A stretch of 64,000 bases of DNA, taken from positions 9,362,001-9,426,000 of the forward strand of contig NC_042998.1 in the NCBI RefSeq assembly GCF_006345805.1, written 5' to 3'. The notes below the pieces were generated by a model, which made no database searches, had not been told where the DNA came from, and saw nothing but the letters and a program-made list of their open reading frames with translations. Both the position numbers and the translations under genes were made by a program. The stretch is from Octopus sinensis (lineage: Eukaryota). Positions 12,040 through 26,096 of the stretch are shown one piece after another. Each line of letters opens with the position of its first letter. Positions within the stretch are counted from its first letter, which is position 1.

Positions 12040-12777
12040 GGTGGGGGTGGAAAGTTCCTGGTTTTGGGTAAAAGTAAATGGTGGACTATTCGTCAACAGA
12101 CAACTTACAGACAGGACAATTGACCGGTTGGACAATTTGCTGAAGGACAATATGTCGAAATTTTTTAAAAACAAAGTTAAAATTACAAAAGTTTTATTAG
12201 ATTTACAGATAAAAAAACACTTTATTTATAAAAATATATGTACGATTATTCTGTCAACAAATTGTCTGCACACAAAAGAAAATGTAGAAGGATCAGTTAT
12301 GATTTTATTCAACGTCCATGCCGGTGGCACGTAAAAAGCACCATCCGAATCGTGGCCGATGCCAGTGACACCTCGACTGGCTTCTGTGCTGGTGGCACAT
12401 AAAATGCACCAATCCGACCGTGGCCGTTGCCAGCCTCGCCTGGCACCTGTGCAGGTGGCACGTAAAAAGCACCCACTACACTCACGGAGTGATTGGCGTT
12501 AGGAAGGGCATCCAGCTGTAGAAACACTGCCAGATAAGCCTGGAGCCTGGTGCAGCCTTCTGACTTCCCAGATCCCCAGTCGAACCGTCCAACCCATGCC
12601 AGCATGGAGAACGGATGTTAAACGATGATGATGATGATGATATTCCTCTCTCAGATTCACACACTTATTGCAGTGGCCCTTCAATCTTTCTAAACCCTGT
12701 AAAAGAACACGGACGATTGGGTCTCCCACCAGGCCTTTCATGATACCCTTAAAGCCACTTTTCAACACCCACTTGTA
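12040..12777. mobile_element. Mariner MITE carrying two nested insertions (Mutator-like MITE 12080-12273; family C 12314-12639)
   Basis: After removing the inserts it aligns to the 4939-5158 copy. The inner MITE has degenerate TIRs and a 10-bp TSD AAAAG(T/A)AAAT. Confidence 0.75.
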
Positions 12778-13758
12778 TTTTAGTTCTACAACTAAAGATC
12801 CCTGAAACATTTACTAATGCTATAATTTAAGTTTGTTGTTTATAGCACTTTAAATGTAACGTGCGTACATGTGCATACAATCCTGTATAAACCTTTAACT
12901 AATTCTCTGTATGCTTATTTACTCTTTGCTGTTTGTATGTTGGAATGATATACAAAATGCTATTTATCAAAATAATCAATATCCTCATTACACCTACATG
13001 ATCTTTTGATAAGTTAGCTTGCAGTAAAATTCTATATTAAACAGTGTCTTTGATATTTTTTGTTTATCATTAGTGCAAAACGTGATCTTGCTACAAACCT
13101 TTTGTTTCATTTTTTTTCTTCCATAAATGTGTCAACTTATGAGAGTAATAAAGTCAAAAGTTGTACTTATTTTTTTTTTTTATTTAGTTTGATCATAGAA
13201 AATCTAGATTTCTTTTCTTCTTTTTTTTTTTAATTGTGATATCACATATTCTACATTTAGCCAACAGTTTTTATTACAGTTTAAATAACTGATTTCTGTA
13301 TAACTAAATGAAAAGCTAAATACTTCAGGGAATATTTTCTTGATGATAATTTTTTTTATGTATGTTGCTACATAGCAGCATATTTTGTGTGTAATAATCA
13401 TAAATAACCAATCAATTGAAATCAATATAAAGTGAGCTTGATAAGAACTTTTGTCTTTTATTTGTTGAGTTTTTAAGTATTTTTCTCTTTACTACAAATG
13501 AACTTTGGTCACTGTAAATGTGACATCATCTTCATTGACAAAAGTTGAGAGAGCTACTGTGTATTTCTAATTAAGTATTTATTTTGCTTCATCATAGGTT
13601 AAGGTTTTTACTATATTAGGAAGGGCATCCAGCCATAGAAACCAAACCAGATCAGACTGGAACCAGCTCTGGTCGAACCATCCATCCTATGCCAGCATAT
13701 GAATTGGGAATTGGCCATTAAAGGATGGCCAGCATGGAAAGCAGGCTTTAAGCAATGA

Positions 13759-13795
<37 letters not shown>

Positions 13796-14813
13796 CACAA
13801 ATTAAGATAGGGGTTGTAAATGCAACCTTCCATGGGATAACATATATCCAATATACTGCTAGTGAAGTACCCAACAAAGTTAATACATAAATGTTAAGAA
13901 TTGCAATGCAATTAATTCATTTACTGTATTATATGGGCAAAGGTAAAATGTTTTACCACAAATTAATAATACAAAATAAGAAAATGGAGAAATACATCTA
14001 AATCAAATATCAACTACCAGATAATACCCAATCACATACTTTGTTAAACCACTACATAAGAAACTTTAAGGTTAAACATAATAATATAGAACAAAACAGT
14101 GTACATGAAGGAGTAATATGATACAGTAAGTACAATATGTATAAAAGAATATAAATAAATATAAATATAAATATAAACTACATCTTATATATATATCCCA
14201 TGCTGCCATTACTCAACATATTCGTCTAACTTAAGTTATCTGTTTGTATTACATATATCAGCAGTTATCTATTTTGGATTCTCACTAGATTTAGTTTCTC
14301 ATTCAATGGATTATAAATGCTTATTGTTATATTTGATGCTATAAAACATGATGCTTTTAGATACACTTATAACCTCCATATTGGATAGGCAGGAGAGGGA
14401 ATTGTCATTAAATTCAATGATAGTAATCTTGTTTTCTTCGATCACTAGTTACAATATTATTAGTTCCATCTCCAGAAGTGATTCTGTCTCAAAAATTGCT
14501 AATTTATTAGTTCCAACAACCCATTCAAGCAGTGCTGTCTTCAAGTATTGTCTGCTTTCGTCAAATGTAAAAGTTTTTCACTTTTTATTTTTGCATTTCT
14601 TTTTTTTTTATTTTTTTTATTTCTAGAGAATCTTTTCGTGTTAAATAGTTTGAATTATTGCAGAGTATTGATTTTTTTTTAGAGCTTCCCTTTTGTTAAT
14701 TTGTCATTCCGTATTGAAAGTAGTTAAAATGTTCAGTGGGTTGATAAAGAATGTTAACTATTTTGAATAATTTCCTAAAAAGAAAATATTGGTACAGACT
14801 TTTAGCTATTTGC

Positions 14814-15020
14814 TACTCTTTTACTTGTTTCAGTCATTTGACTGCGGCCATGCTGGAGCACCGCCTTTAGTCGAACAAATCGACCCCGGGACTTATTCTT
14901 TGTAAGCCCAGTACTTATTCTATCGGTCTCTTTTGCCAAACCGCTAAGTGACGGACACGTAAACACACCAGGATCGGTTGTCAAGCAATGCTAGGGGGAC
15001 AAACACAGACATACAAACAC

Positions 15021-15067
<47 letters not shown>

Positions 15068-15231
15068 ACAGGCTTCTTTCAGTTTCTGTCGACCAAAACC
15101 ACTCACAAGGCATTGGTCGGCCCGGGGCTATAGCAGAAGACACTTGCCCAAGATGCCACGCAGTGGGACTGAACCCGGAACCATGTGGTTGGTTAGCAAG
15201 CTACTTACCACACAGCCACTCCTGCGCCTAT
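14814..15231 (-). mobile_element. Family A SINE
   Basis: Full head-to-tail match to the family on the minus strand. Confidence 0.9.
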
Positions 15232-15371
15232 GCTAATTTTTTTTTTAAATCTCAACTCCAGAACACAATTTCTACCTAGCAAGTAAGGTAGATGCTCTGA
15301 AATATAGTTGCTATAGTGAGCACTAGTTGGGGAAAGTTCAAGGGGGCTACAACCACTACTGACAACAAAAA

Positions 15372-15705
15372 TCTTTTCCCTAAGAGTGAAGTGCAGACTG
15401 TATGATGTGTGTGTTAAAACTGTAATGCTACATGGTAGTGAAACATGTGCTTTGAATGCAGAGGGCTTGAAAAGAAATGAAGCAAGCATACTGCATTGGA
15501 TGTACAATATGAGTGTGCAAGAAAGAAGACCATGCTAGTATGAATACATGATCTTGTTTACCAACCACATGGTTCCGGGTTCAGTCCCACTGCGTGGCAC
15601 CTTGGGCAAGTGTTTTCTACTGTAGTCTCGGGCCGACCAATGCCTTGTGAGTGGATTTGGTAGACGGAAACTGAAAGAAGCCCGTCGTATATATGTATAT
15701 ATATG

Positions 15706-15740
<35 letters not shown>

Positions 15741-16780
15741 GCGTGTATGTGTTTGTGCGTCTGTTGTCCCCCTGGCATTGCTTGACAACCGATGCTGGTG
15801 TGTTTATGTCCCTGTTACTTAGCGATTTGGCAAAAGAGACCGATAGTATAAGTACTGGGCTTACAAAAGAATAAGTCCCGGGGTCGAGTTGCTCGATTAA
15901 AGGCGGTGCTCCAGCATGGCTGCAGTCAAATGACTGAAACAAGTAAAAGAGTAATATAAATAAGAGCAGTTGTATAAAAAGTACCACTCACTGTCTGTGG
16001 CCAGAACTTGTGGAAGAAGGAAATCCAGGAAAACATGGGATGGAATGGTTGAGGGTGATCTCGTGGCCTGAGCCTGATAGTGATGACAAAGGACCTGGAT
16101 CTCTGATGATATGAGGTTCTCAAAAAGACCCACCCTTGTCAGCAAAACTAAGTTTTGGAAGTGTTATGTATTGTACTCTTCACCCATCTCACAGTGACTC
16201 GCTGCCACCACTTCTGCATTAGGTCAGCTTCTCATCTTCCTGACAATTGTTTCATCTTTACCACTCCTGCAGCTCACCCCACCACTTTCTTCTACATCAC
16301 TCTATCTTCCCCAACTCATGGCTCTTTGCTCATCCACCCTTCAACACTATCCATTTTGGTAGCCTGCCTCCCCATCCCCTCATTCTCCATCCTATATGAT
16401 TTTTTAACACAGTTTGTGCCTAGACACCTCATTGACATTTGTCTGTCTCTTGCAGCTTCTCCTGTTCATTTTCTTTTCTCTCCCCTTTCCCTATTAGAAC
16501 CACTATTGCACCTCCTCTCACTTCTTATAGATCAATCCCCTTGTCCCCTAACATGAAACTGACTTCCCTTTACCCAGGTTTTGTAGTTCTGCAAGCTGCA
16601 CAGCAACCTCAATAGTGCAGGTGGCATGAAAATAAATCACCCAGTCCATGATGCAAAGTGGTTGGCATTAGGAAGGACATCAAGCCAGAGCTCATGCAGT
16701 CCTTGGACACATCGGATCCTGCCAAACCATCCACCCTCTGCCAGAATGGAACACAGATGTTAAATGATGATGATGATGAT
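15372..16780 (+). mobile_element. Old RTE-clade LINE 3' end (ORF2 C-terminus plus 3'UTR), interrupted by a family A SINE at about 15556-15953
   Basis: Translates FSLRVKCRLYDVCVKTVMLHGSETCA...NEASILHWM, then after the SINE SCIKK...GRRKSRKTWDGMV...DLDL. Ends in a family-C-like tail with (GAT)n. Confidence 0.75.
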
Positions 16781-16810
16781 AAATCCTCAGAACTGACTAT
16801 TATAATTTAG

Positions 16811-17106
16811 TAAAAGCACCATCCGTTCGTGGCCGTTGCCAGCCTCGCCTGGCCCCCGTGCCGGTGGCACGTAAAAAGCACTATCCGTCCGTGACCGTTT
16901 GCTAGCTCCGTCTGGCACCTGTGCGGGTGGCACGTAAAAAGCACCCACTACACTCACGGAGTGGTTGGCGTTAGGAAGGGCATCCAGCCGTAGAAACACT
17001 GCCAGATCAGACTGGGCCTGATGCAGCCTTCTGGCTTCCCAGACCCCAGTTGAACCGTCAAACCCATGCTAGCATGGAAAGCGGACGCTAAATGATGATG
17101 ATGATG
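16811..17106 (+). mobile_element. Family C copy
   Basis: Modules plus tail, subfamily ...gcggacgctaaatgatgatg. Confidence 0.85.
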
Positions 17107-18369
17107 AATACAATTGAGAGAAATTTTGATATATTTTGTACAAGATATGAAGACACTCCATGGGAACAGTGCTTGCTTCTCTTCCTATTATCCAGTTTCT
17201 CTTATTGCACACAAGGATAGAAAATCAAACTTAAACTGCTGTCAGTAAACATTGAGATGAGTCTGATATAATGTCTGTTTTTCCATGTTATCATGAATTA
17301 GATGAATACATAACACTGAAGCCAGATGTCTTTCCTATCACTAACGATTACTTGTTTTTCAAATAAAGGACTTTTCGGGGGTTTTTTTTCTTAATTCTCC
17401 ATGCCTTTGAATGGACAGAGCTACAATATGGTTAGTTACTGTTTGCAGCTCAATATAGAATGTAAATCTATACACACACACAGTATTGGCTTCACATCTA
17501 TTTACCAAATTTCAAACACAAGGTATATTCCCTGGATGCTGCTGATTGTGACTGCATCCAAAATCACACTTGAGTAGTGAACTTCTTAACCACATAGCCG
17601 TGCTTGCTAATTGCATTTAGCAGCAGGCTTATAAGCTACTGTTTATCCAACTCCAAGACTTACATTATTTTAAATTATCAGAAAAGCTTAAGCCAAATGA
17701 AATTAACAAATTTCTGTAATTTGTATTAAGTAGCATTTTTTATTTGGGTCTTTACTCTTACTATTTTTGGACTGCTTATCACTGTATTACCATAGAAATT
17801 ACTTACATTTCTCTTGTGTGCTCTCGTAAACTTAGAAAATCTCTTCATATATAGTTGTGTATGCAGGCCTTTTGATTATCCAATGTACAGCTAGGAACAT
17901 CTCGAAATCTTAGAAAAAAATTAGAGGCTTGTTGCATTTGGAGATTTATTCATTATCTTGAACAATGAGGTAAAACACAACCTTAGTCCTTTTGTATCCC
18001 AATTAGCTATTGTAAAACTTGAAACTATTAATTTTGATTTATTCCATTAAGCTCAATGGGTTTATATCTTTAAATGGAAATGAAATATTCTGATGTTTTA
18101 TGCTTGTTTCATAAGCATTAGCTGCAGAATCTATAACTGAAATGATTTTCGATATGGAATCCACATTCTATTATGTAATCAATTAGATTCTATTAACGTT
18201 ATGAGAGTTTTACCAGATGAGCTATATACTATTTTCAGAACAAATTCTTTTTCAGATGTCCATGCAATTATCTGATATTTCCAGTCATAGTCCCTAATGT
18301 TTGATCTATCTCAATATTGTGTGCAATTAACTGTTGAATATACTTGGCATTTCATTTTGGGGACTATTG

Positions 18370-18560
18370 ATTATATCTAAGTTTCTTGATATTACAGAAA
18401 CTCCTGCAAACAGATGTTTATTAACTTTCTATTAACACTTTTCAAGTGACATGTTATTTACCATGGCCTTCCGAAAATTCTTGCTTCTGGCTGTCAATTC
18501 TCTCTTTAAATTATTAAGAGATATATTTTTGACAATGAGCTTTATCATTCAGACTTTTTT
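18370..18560 (+). mobile_element. Possible very decayed LTR-retrotransposon integrase remnant
   Basis: Only a short HGLPKILAS motif resembling the integrase HGLPxxIxSD core; heavily disrupted. Confidence 0.25.
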
Positions 18561-19912
18561 TTTCCCCCTAAGATGCTGTACATCAAATTTTGAAGTTCTT
18601 TTTGACTGGTATTATTGCCTTGATTAACTAGGAGATAACCTGGCATTTTTGTTGAATTTGTGAGGTATTAGCCTGTGCCAAGAGTGATTTCCTTTGACAT
18701 ACTCTTACATTGAGATTTGAAATATCAACATTAACCATTTGCTTTAGAATCTACTATTTAGAATTTGATAAATATTTTATGATTTTTATATTGTATCTTT
18801 TGAGAATTTTTCACCTGCAAGTATAAAATGTGATATTGTTAATTAGAATATGATTGCTTTCTTCTGTTAATTATTGTTGAAGGATGATGCATGTCTATCA
18901 TAGTAACCTGTTTTGATATTACATCTAGATAATCTAGCTATAATTTCTAATTTAGCTAGAATGGTTCTTAAATGTTTATAAGGGTCTCATATAGGCTAAT
19001 TTTTAAATGTAAGAAATATGCTACGTTTATTTTTTTTGTTTTTTGCATGAAATAAATGTTTACAGAAATATTAGATTGTAATATTTTAAAATACATGGTC
19101 TGGTTTTAAATATTAAAAAAAATTTATATATTTTTTTATTTGCATTTGCGTTTCTAATATATTTATGTATATTAGTAGCTTTTTCTTCCTTATATATGCA
19201 TATATAATTATGTTATAAATTTTTCTGTGCTAGCTAAATGGCAACTTTTTATTATTATTATTATTATGAAACCATTCTTAAGTCTTTGCATTAGTAAATT
19301 TAGATTTGTATTTCAAAAATGAAATAGTCAACACAAATGTGGTTTGGTAGAAGTGCTCAAGCGGGATTGTCTCATAAAATTGGTTGATTTCACAGATCCA
19401 TCATACTGATGTAGTTTCTAAGTTTAGATTATGTAAGAACAATTTGAGACTTGCAAAAGACAACAATCCATTTTCTTTTAGGGATCGTGAAGTGATTTCT
19501 GTAAAAGAATAAAGTTTGCGGGAACTGTTTCAGTTCGGCATTGTAAAATAGTGTTTTAGAGTTTAACCCTTTGACTTCAAAAATCAGATGCATCCTCTCA
19601 AAATCTTGTTGCCCTTAACTGCAGAAAGCAGTTTATACACCAAGCTCTATTTCAATGAACAGTCTCCTGTTTGAAACTGTTTATTATTGAGATATGTCAA
19701 GCTTATTGAGGCAATGTAACTTGCAGAAAACACCAGTTCTATTTTTTTTTTTATAGATATTTAACATCAGTACTAGAATAGCCATGGGATTTAATTTTGC
19801 AGTTAAAGGTTTTAAAGTGATGCTTAATTTAATGCTGTGTAAGTTAAGGCTTAAATGTTATTGGTTTTGTACTTAAGTATTCTGAATTTGCTTTCTTTGT
19901 TTACATAAGTTT

Positions 19913-20071
19913 AGTGTGGCTGTGTGGTAAGTAGCTTGCTAACCAACCACATGTTTCCGGGTTCAGTCCCACTGCGTGACATCTTGGGCGAGTGTCTTCT
20001 GCTATAGCCCCGGGCCGACCAATGCCTTGTGAGTGGATTTGGTAGACGGAAACTGAAAGAAGCCTGTCGTA

Positions 20072-20154
<83 letters not shown>

Positions 20155-20358
20155 TTGTGTGTCTGTGTTTGTCCCCCTAGCATTGCTTGACAACTGATGC
20201 TGGTGTGTTTATGTCCTCGTTACTTAATGGTTCGGCAAAAGAGACCAATAGAATAAGTACTGGGCTTACAAAAAGAATAAGTCCCGGGGTCGAGTTGCTC
20301 GATTAAAGGCGGTGCTCCAGCATGGCCGCAGTCAAATGACTGAAACAAGTAAAAGAGA
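19913..20358 (+). mobile_element. Family A SINE with expanded (TA)n
   Basis: Family match; long internal TA repeat. Confidence 0.9.
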
Positions 20359-20943
20359 ATGTAAGCAAATGTATTGAAGGTGGTTTTGAAGTCTCTAAGA
20401 AAAATATTCTACCCCAACATAATATGAATGGTATGATTTAAAAATAGAACAATAAACAATTTAAAAGAGCGAACATTTAAGCTTTTTTTTTTTTTATGTG
20501 TGTAGATCAAACATAAGTATGTTGAGGATGCTTTGGACAGGAATTTTTAACACTAGCTTAGACGATGTTGCTTTGAAGAACCTGTAAAATTGTTTTGTAT
20601 TTTTTACTTGAATCATTTTATCTTCAAAAATTAGATTTTGAAAACAGATGTTTTATTATTTATTTAGTTACTTATTTTACTAATTGCAATGTTTTAACAA
20701 GCAATTTGGAAATAATTATTTCTTACAGTAAATATTGCCATAATAATAGCCAACAGTTTTCCCAAAATAAATTTAGCAATTTAATCTTGGAAAAATTATA
20801 TTAAAGATATTAGTAATTATTTCATTAACTACCTTGAAAGTCTAACTAAACATAGCTTTGTTTAGGGATAAATATAAAATGTTCATTTGATATAGAAACT
20901 TGGTGTCCTATATCTTGCTAATTTTGGCTATTGAGCTGAGTTA

Positions 20944-21323
20944 CCAATGCCGGTGGCACGTAAGAGAACCATCCAAACGTGGCCATTGCCAGCGCCGCCC
21001 CGACTGGCCTTGTGCCGGTGGCACGTAAAAAGCACCATCCGTTCGTGGCCGTTGCCAGCCTCGCCTGGCCCCCGTGCCGGTAGCACATAAAAAGCACCAT
21101 CCGATCGTGGCCGTTTGCCAGACTCGTCTGGCACCTGTGCCGGTGGCACGTAAAAAGCACCCACTACACTCATGGAGTGGTTGGCGTTAGGAAGGGAATC
21201 CAGCTGTAGAAACATTGCCAGATCAAACTTGGCCTGGTGCAGCCTTCTGGCTTCCCAGACCCCAGTTGAACCGTCCAACCCATGCTAGCATGGAAAGCGG
21301 ATGCTAAACGAGGATGATGATGA
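20944..21323 (+). mobile_element. Family C copy with four modules
   Basis: Four GGTGGCACGTAAAAAGCACC-type modules plus GAT tail. Confidence 0.85.
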
Positions 21324-22431
21324 GGAATCTTAGAGATTTAAACAAAAGCTTTATCTTTCTATTCAAAGCATTTTTTCACATACTCACAGAACAACACACC
21401 GGAGTCCAGTACCTTATTTAGTTGTCTTTGATGTTAATTTGTAATGTGTATAAAATTGTATGAAAATTAAAAAATTACATATCATATAAAAACTAAAGGG
21501 ACTCTTGAACAATCCTTTACACACACACACACATGTATGTATATAATGTATGCATACGTTGGATGATGCGAACAAGAAACCAGAACTCAAAACATGTATA
21601 TAATTTTCTTGGTCTTATATATTGTGGGTGATTCAGGTCTCTTAGCAATTTAGATAATGCATATTTTTTTTAAAATTTCATTTTCATATTTGGAATACTA
21701 TCTTTGCTATTTTTATTGTGAATGGCTTTTGCTAGTTTTTTAAATAAAAAAAAAAATATCATTATCAAATATTTGAGAAAATATTGATTGCTTGTTCAAT
21801 TGTCTGTTCAAATGGCTACTTCAACTAAGATAATCTGGATGGTTGGCTGTATGAATGGTAGGGCAGTAGACCAGTTATCTTAGAATCTCTGACCTGTAGC
21901 AGTCAATGGGAGGACTTAGGGTCAAAGGAAGACTTAATGTTAGTTGTGGGGATGTGGGTGGAAGCTGTGCTGAGGTTTGAGAGAGAGATAGAGAGGGAGA
22001 TGAGGTGTACATTAAGACCAACTGTGTATGCATGTGTGTATGGCTGTATGGTTACAATCAATTCCCATTCATGTAGTTACAGGTTCAATACCACTGTGTG
22101 GTGCCTTAGGCAAGTATCTTCTACTATAGCCCCAGGATGGCCATCTTGTAAGTGGATTTTGGTAGATAGAAACTGAAAGAAGCCCATCATGTATGTAGTA
22201 AATGGGTGTCTAAGTGTATGTGTTTTCTTGTTTTGATATCACATGATAGTTATAAACAAGCATTAACATCATACAAGAGGTGTCCTTCTCTAATCTTTCC
22301 TGAAAACCTGTCTGATCATGGAGTAAGATTACTTTGCTTGAAAGCTAGTAAGGATTGGCATCAAGTAGGGCATCTGGTTATAGAAAATTTGCTTCAATAT
22401 GTGACCAATGCAAGCATGAAAAAGTGAGCAG

Positions 22432-22624
22432 TAACCCGTTAGCATTTAAACCAGCCATATCTGGCCAAATTTTTTTTTTTTACCTATTTTAAGTTCAAAC
22501 AGGCCAGATCCAGCTTCTCCCATCCGTCCTACAATGACATTTTAAAAATAACATTCAGATCATGTAAATTGCAAAGCTACGAGATAATCAAAGATTAATT
22601 CAGAACTGAATACTAAAGGGTTAA
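22432..22624. mobile_element. piggyBac-like MITE
   Basis: taacccgttagcatttaaacc...taaagggttaa; same family as 63072-63300. Confidence 0.7.
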
Positions 22625-22968
22625 ATGGTGATGATAGTGATGAGGAAAATTTGTTATGGAAACTGGAAAAGAAAGTTAGAGGTCATTAAACTTCATTGCA
22701 AATATACTACTGATCTATTTCTATCTGGATTTCAAATACTTCGAATAATGAAATATATCCTCCACACATCTGATTTGGTGATACCTTGTTAATATTTATG
22801 CTTATGTTCATATGGTGTGGTATGAACATATGTATTTCATTGTAGTTTGTGTATGTATGAACACATTAATTTATTAATAAACTTTTTTTATAGATGTCTA
22901 TAAAATGTTTGAGAACTTGCCAATTGGGAAATCTACAAATTAGCTAATTAATATATTTTTCCTTGCAG

Positions 22969-23046
22969 GCCACTGGTCTCCATTTCAGACATACGGATAA
23001 TATCAACCACTGGCTCACTGCTATGGAAGAAATTGGTCTTCCTTCG
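22969..23046 (+). CDS. IQGAP1: IQGAP1-like coding exon (78 nt)
   Basis: ttgcag| acceptor and |gtaagg donor, phase 0/0. Encodes ATGLHFRHTDNINHWLTAMEEIGLPS, continuing in frame from ...TRYK. Confidence 0.95.
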
Positions 23047-23627
23047 GTAAGGGAACTTATCTCAGTAATTTGTTGAATTTTTGCCAATTTCATTCTCACT
23101 GAAGCAGATAGACTTAAAACATGCAGCCTTTTTTTATCTAACACTTCTAATTCATTTGTCATATTGCAATTAATTTCAATTTATCTTTATCTTGCAAAAA
23201 TTAACACTTTTTATAATTTCTTTAACTTCGTCAATACTATCCTGATAAAGACAAGGCAAATTAAGTGTTGATATTTAATTAAAATATTTCAAACAAAATC
23301 TCATTATGACATGAAAACAATGTAAGATTTTAATTGAACATCTTTTATGTTGTTCCAAACAGCGGAAAAGTATTTTAAAATATAAAGTTATTTTATTAAG
23401 TCCTTAAATTTTCAATTATTTAAAAAATAAAATGGTATTCTGTTAGAATTATATTCACGAAACAGTTAACAATTCTAAGAATGAAATCAGTTTTCAAATG
23501 ATGTCCTAACATAAAATCAAATGAAGTTGAAAATGATTTTGTTCCCAATGAAATCAAAACCGGATTTAGCATGCAGATTTATTATATCTGCACATTGTGC
23601 TTTTTTTTTTTTTTTGTTAAACAAAAA

Positions 23628-23790
23628 AGGCGCAGGAGTGGCTGCGTGGTAAGTAGCTTGTTTACCAACCACATGGTTCCAGGTTCAGTCCCACTGCGTG
23701 GCACCTTGGGCAAGTGTCTTCTACTATAGCCTCAGGCCAACCAAAACCTTGTGAGTGGATTTGGTAGACGGAAACTGAAAGAAGCCCGTC

Positions 23791-23839
<49 letters not shown>

Positions 23840-24028
23840 TGTGTGTCTGTTTGTCCCCCTAGCATTGCTTGACAACCGATGCTGGTGTGTTTATGTCCCC
23901 GTTACAAAAGAGACCGATAGAATAAGTACTGGGCTTACAAAAGAATAAGTCCCGGGGTCGAGTTGCTCGATTAAAGGTGGTGCTCCAGCATGGCCGCAGT
24001 CAAATGACTGAAACAAGTAAAAGAGTAA
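23628..24028 (+). mobile_element. Family A SINE
   Basis: Family match with a small internal deletion after atgtccccgtta. Confidence 0.9.
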
Positions 24029-24834
24029 ATTAAGATTGGATTGATTTTTTTTTTTTGTTAAAGAAATTTCTAAAATTATAGCAGCTTCATTTAATGAATC
24101 CAATATGAAGAACTAGACGAATATCTCAACATCATCTGAAATAAAATTAGCATCACTGAGAATACAAATTTAGCTTTTCTATTTTTTTTTTTTTTTTTTT
24201 GTTGGTCTCTCGGTTTTTGTTTTCCTTTCTTGGCAATTTTATCTTACTTTGATATCTCGTGTAATTTCTCATCTTTGCTATTCTACCTCAAAACCCACCA
24301 AACGACTTTAAGAAAATCACCACAGTCAAGGGAAACTGGAAAAACTAGATTTTACTGTTTAGTTTGTGAACTGCAGATGTCCAGTTTTCTAAAGTACAAA
24401 TTTGTTAGTGTTTAGATACATGTACATAATCTTTCTAGATATACAGCTGGCGCTTAGCTAACCAGTCATTCAGTCAAAACATAAATACTCAATAGGTGCA
24501 AGAATACATCATGGTTTAAATTAACTCTATTTTGGTCAGTTCGGAGCAGCCCCAAAGTTATGTTTTATTTCTCTGAAGATTAACAGCCAATAGAGATTCG
24601 TGAAAACAATATACATGAAAGTAATATTAAGCTAGTGCCACAATTACTACAGATTTTGTATTAACATTAGTAACCTGTTGTAATCACTCAATATATTAAC
24701 CTCTGTTTTTACCAAGTTGGTTTAGGTTAGAAAAATCTGCAGTATCCTATTGTTCAGCCTTGTGATCTGTAAGGCTCAGAATTTCGATTTGGGAGTTTAT
24801 ATCTACCTCTTCTCAAATCCTCCTGTCAGTCAGT

Positions 24835-25612
24835 CCCTCTCTCTCTTTCTCTCTTCTCCCTCTCTCCCTTTCCCTCTCTTGCTCTTTCCCCCTCTCTTGC
24901 TCTTTCCCCCTCTCTTGCTCTTTCCCTCTCTCTTGCTCTTTCCCTCTCTCTTGCTCTTTCCCTCTCTCTTGCTCTTTCCCTCTCTCTTGCTCTTTCCTTC
25001 TCTCTTGCTCTTTCCCTCTCTCTTGCTCTTTCCCTCTCTCTTGCTCTTTCCCTCTCTCTTGCTCTTTCCTTCTCTCTTGCTCTTTCCTTCTCTCTTGCTC
25101 TTTCCTTCTCTCTTGCTCTTTCCTTCTCTCGTGCTCTTTCCTTCTCTCGTGCTCTTTCCTTCTCTCGTGCTCTTTCCTTCTCTCGTGCTCTTTCCTTCTC
25201 TCGTGCTCTTTCCTTCTCTCTTGCTCTTTCCTTCTCTCGTGCTCTTTCCTTCTCTCGTGCTCTTTCCTTCTCTCGTGCTCTTTCCTTCTCTCGTGCTCTT
25301 TCCTTCTCTCGTGCTCTTTCTCTCTCGTTCTTTCTCTCGCTCTTTCTGTCTTTCTCTCTCTTTCTCTCTCCCCCTCTTTCTCTTGCACTCTCTCTCTCTT
25401 TTTCGTGCTCTCTCTCTTTCTCTCTCCCTCTCTTTCTCTCTTTCTTGCGCTCTCCCTCTCTTTCTCTCTCCCTCTCTCTCTCTTTCCCCCTCTCTCTCTC
25501 TCTCTCTCTTTCTCCCTCTCTTTCTCTCTTTCTCACGCTCTCTCTCTTTCTCACTCCCACTCTCTTTCTCTTTCTCACTCCCATTCTCTTTCTCGCACTC
25601 TCTCTCTCTCTC
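24835..25612 (+). repeat. Polypyrimidine minisatellite (18-bp unit ctctc[t/g]tgctctttcc[c/t]t) merging into (CT)n
   Basis: About two dozen 18-bp units with block-wise variants; source of the LLFPS and KEHERR pseudo-ORFs. Confidence 0.95.
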
Positions 25613-26096
25613 AATAGTTCCACCACAAGTACCTGTAACTTGCATTCCACCTTCACTTGGACTACATTCATCCAGGCTGTTGATGTTCAATGAGAACTTA
25701 TGACAATGTCGTTGAAGAAAGACCGGCAGGGTGAGAATTCTAGACAGCAGTAATTCTGGAGAGAAGGATTATCACAACAAAAATGGCTTGAAGGGCGAGG
25801 CCCAGTAAAAAGGTTGGATGGGGAGCATTAAATTCATTGGGTGGACTCAGGCAAAGGTGATGCATTACATCATTGTTGTAACGTCTGCTTTTCCATGCTT
25901 GCATGGGTTAGATGAGACTTCTTTGAGGCAAAATTTTCTGTAACTGGATATTGTTCTTGATGTCAGCCTTCACCTTGTTTCCAAGCCAGGTAATGATTCC
26001 CTCAGTTTATCAGGCAATGAACATCTCAGACATGCTTTTGCAAAGGGACTGCAAAGAAATGACCGTGTGAATTGTGAAGCTTTGTTTATAATCAAC

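Noticed and set aside
17150-18370. Possible extension of an LTR-retrotransposon pol remnant
   Set aside because: Only vague motif resemblance through many stops and frameshifts; not supportable without a profile search.
20944-21180. CRISPR-like look of GGTGGCACGTAAAAAGCACC repeats separated by about 40-bp segments
   Set aside because: The spacers are homologous to each other and recur between copies, there are no cas genes, the context is a eukaryotic intron, and the array is part of a retroelement 3' end.
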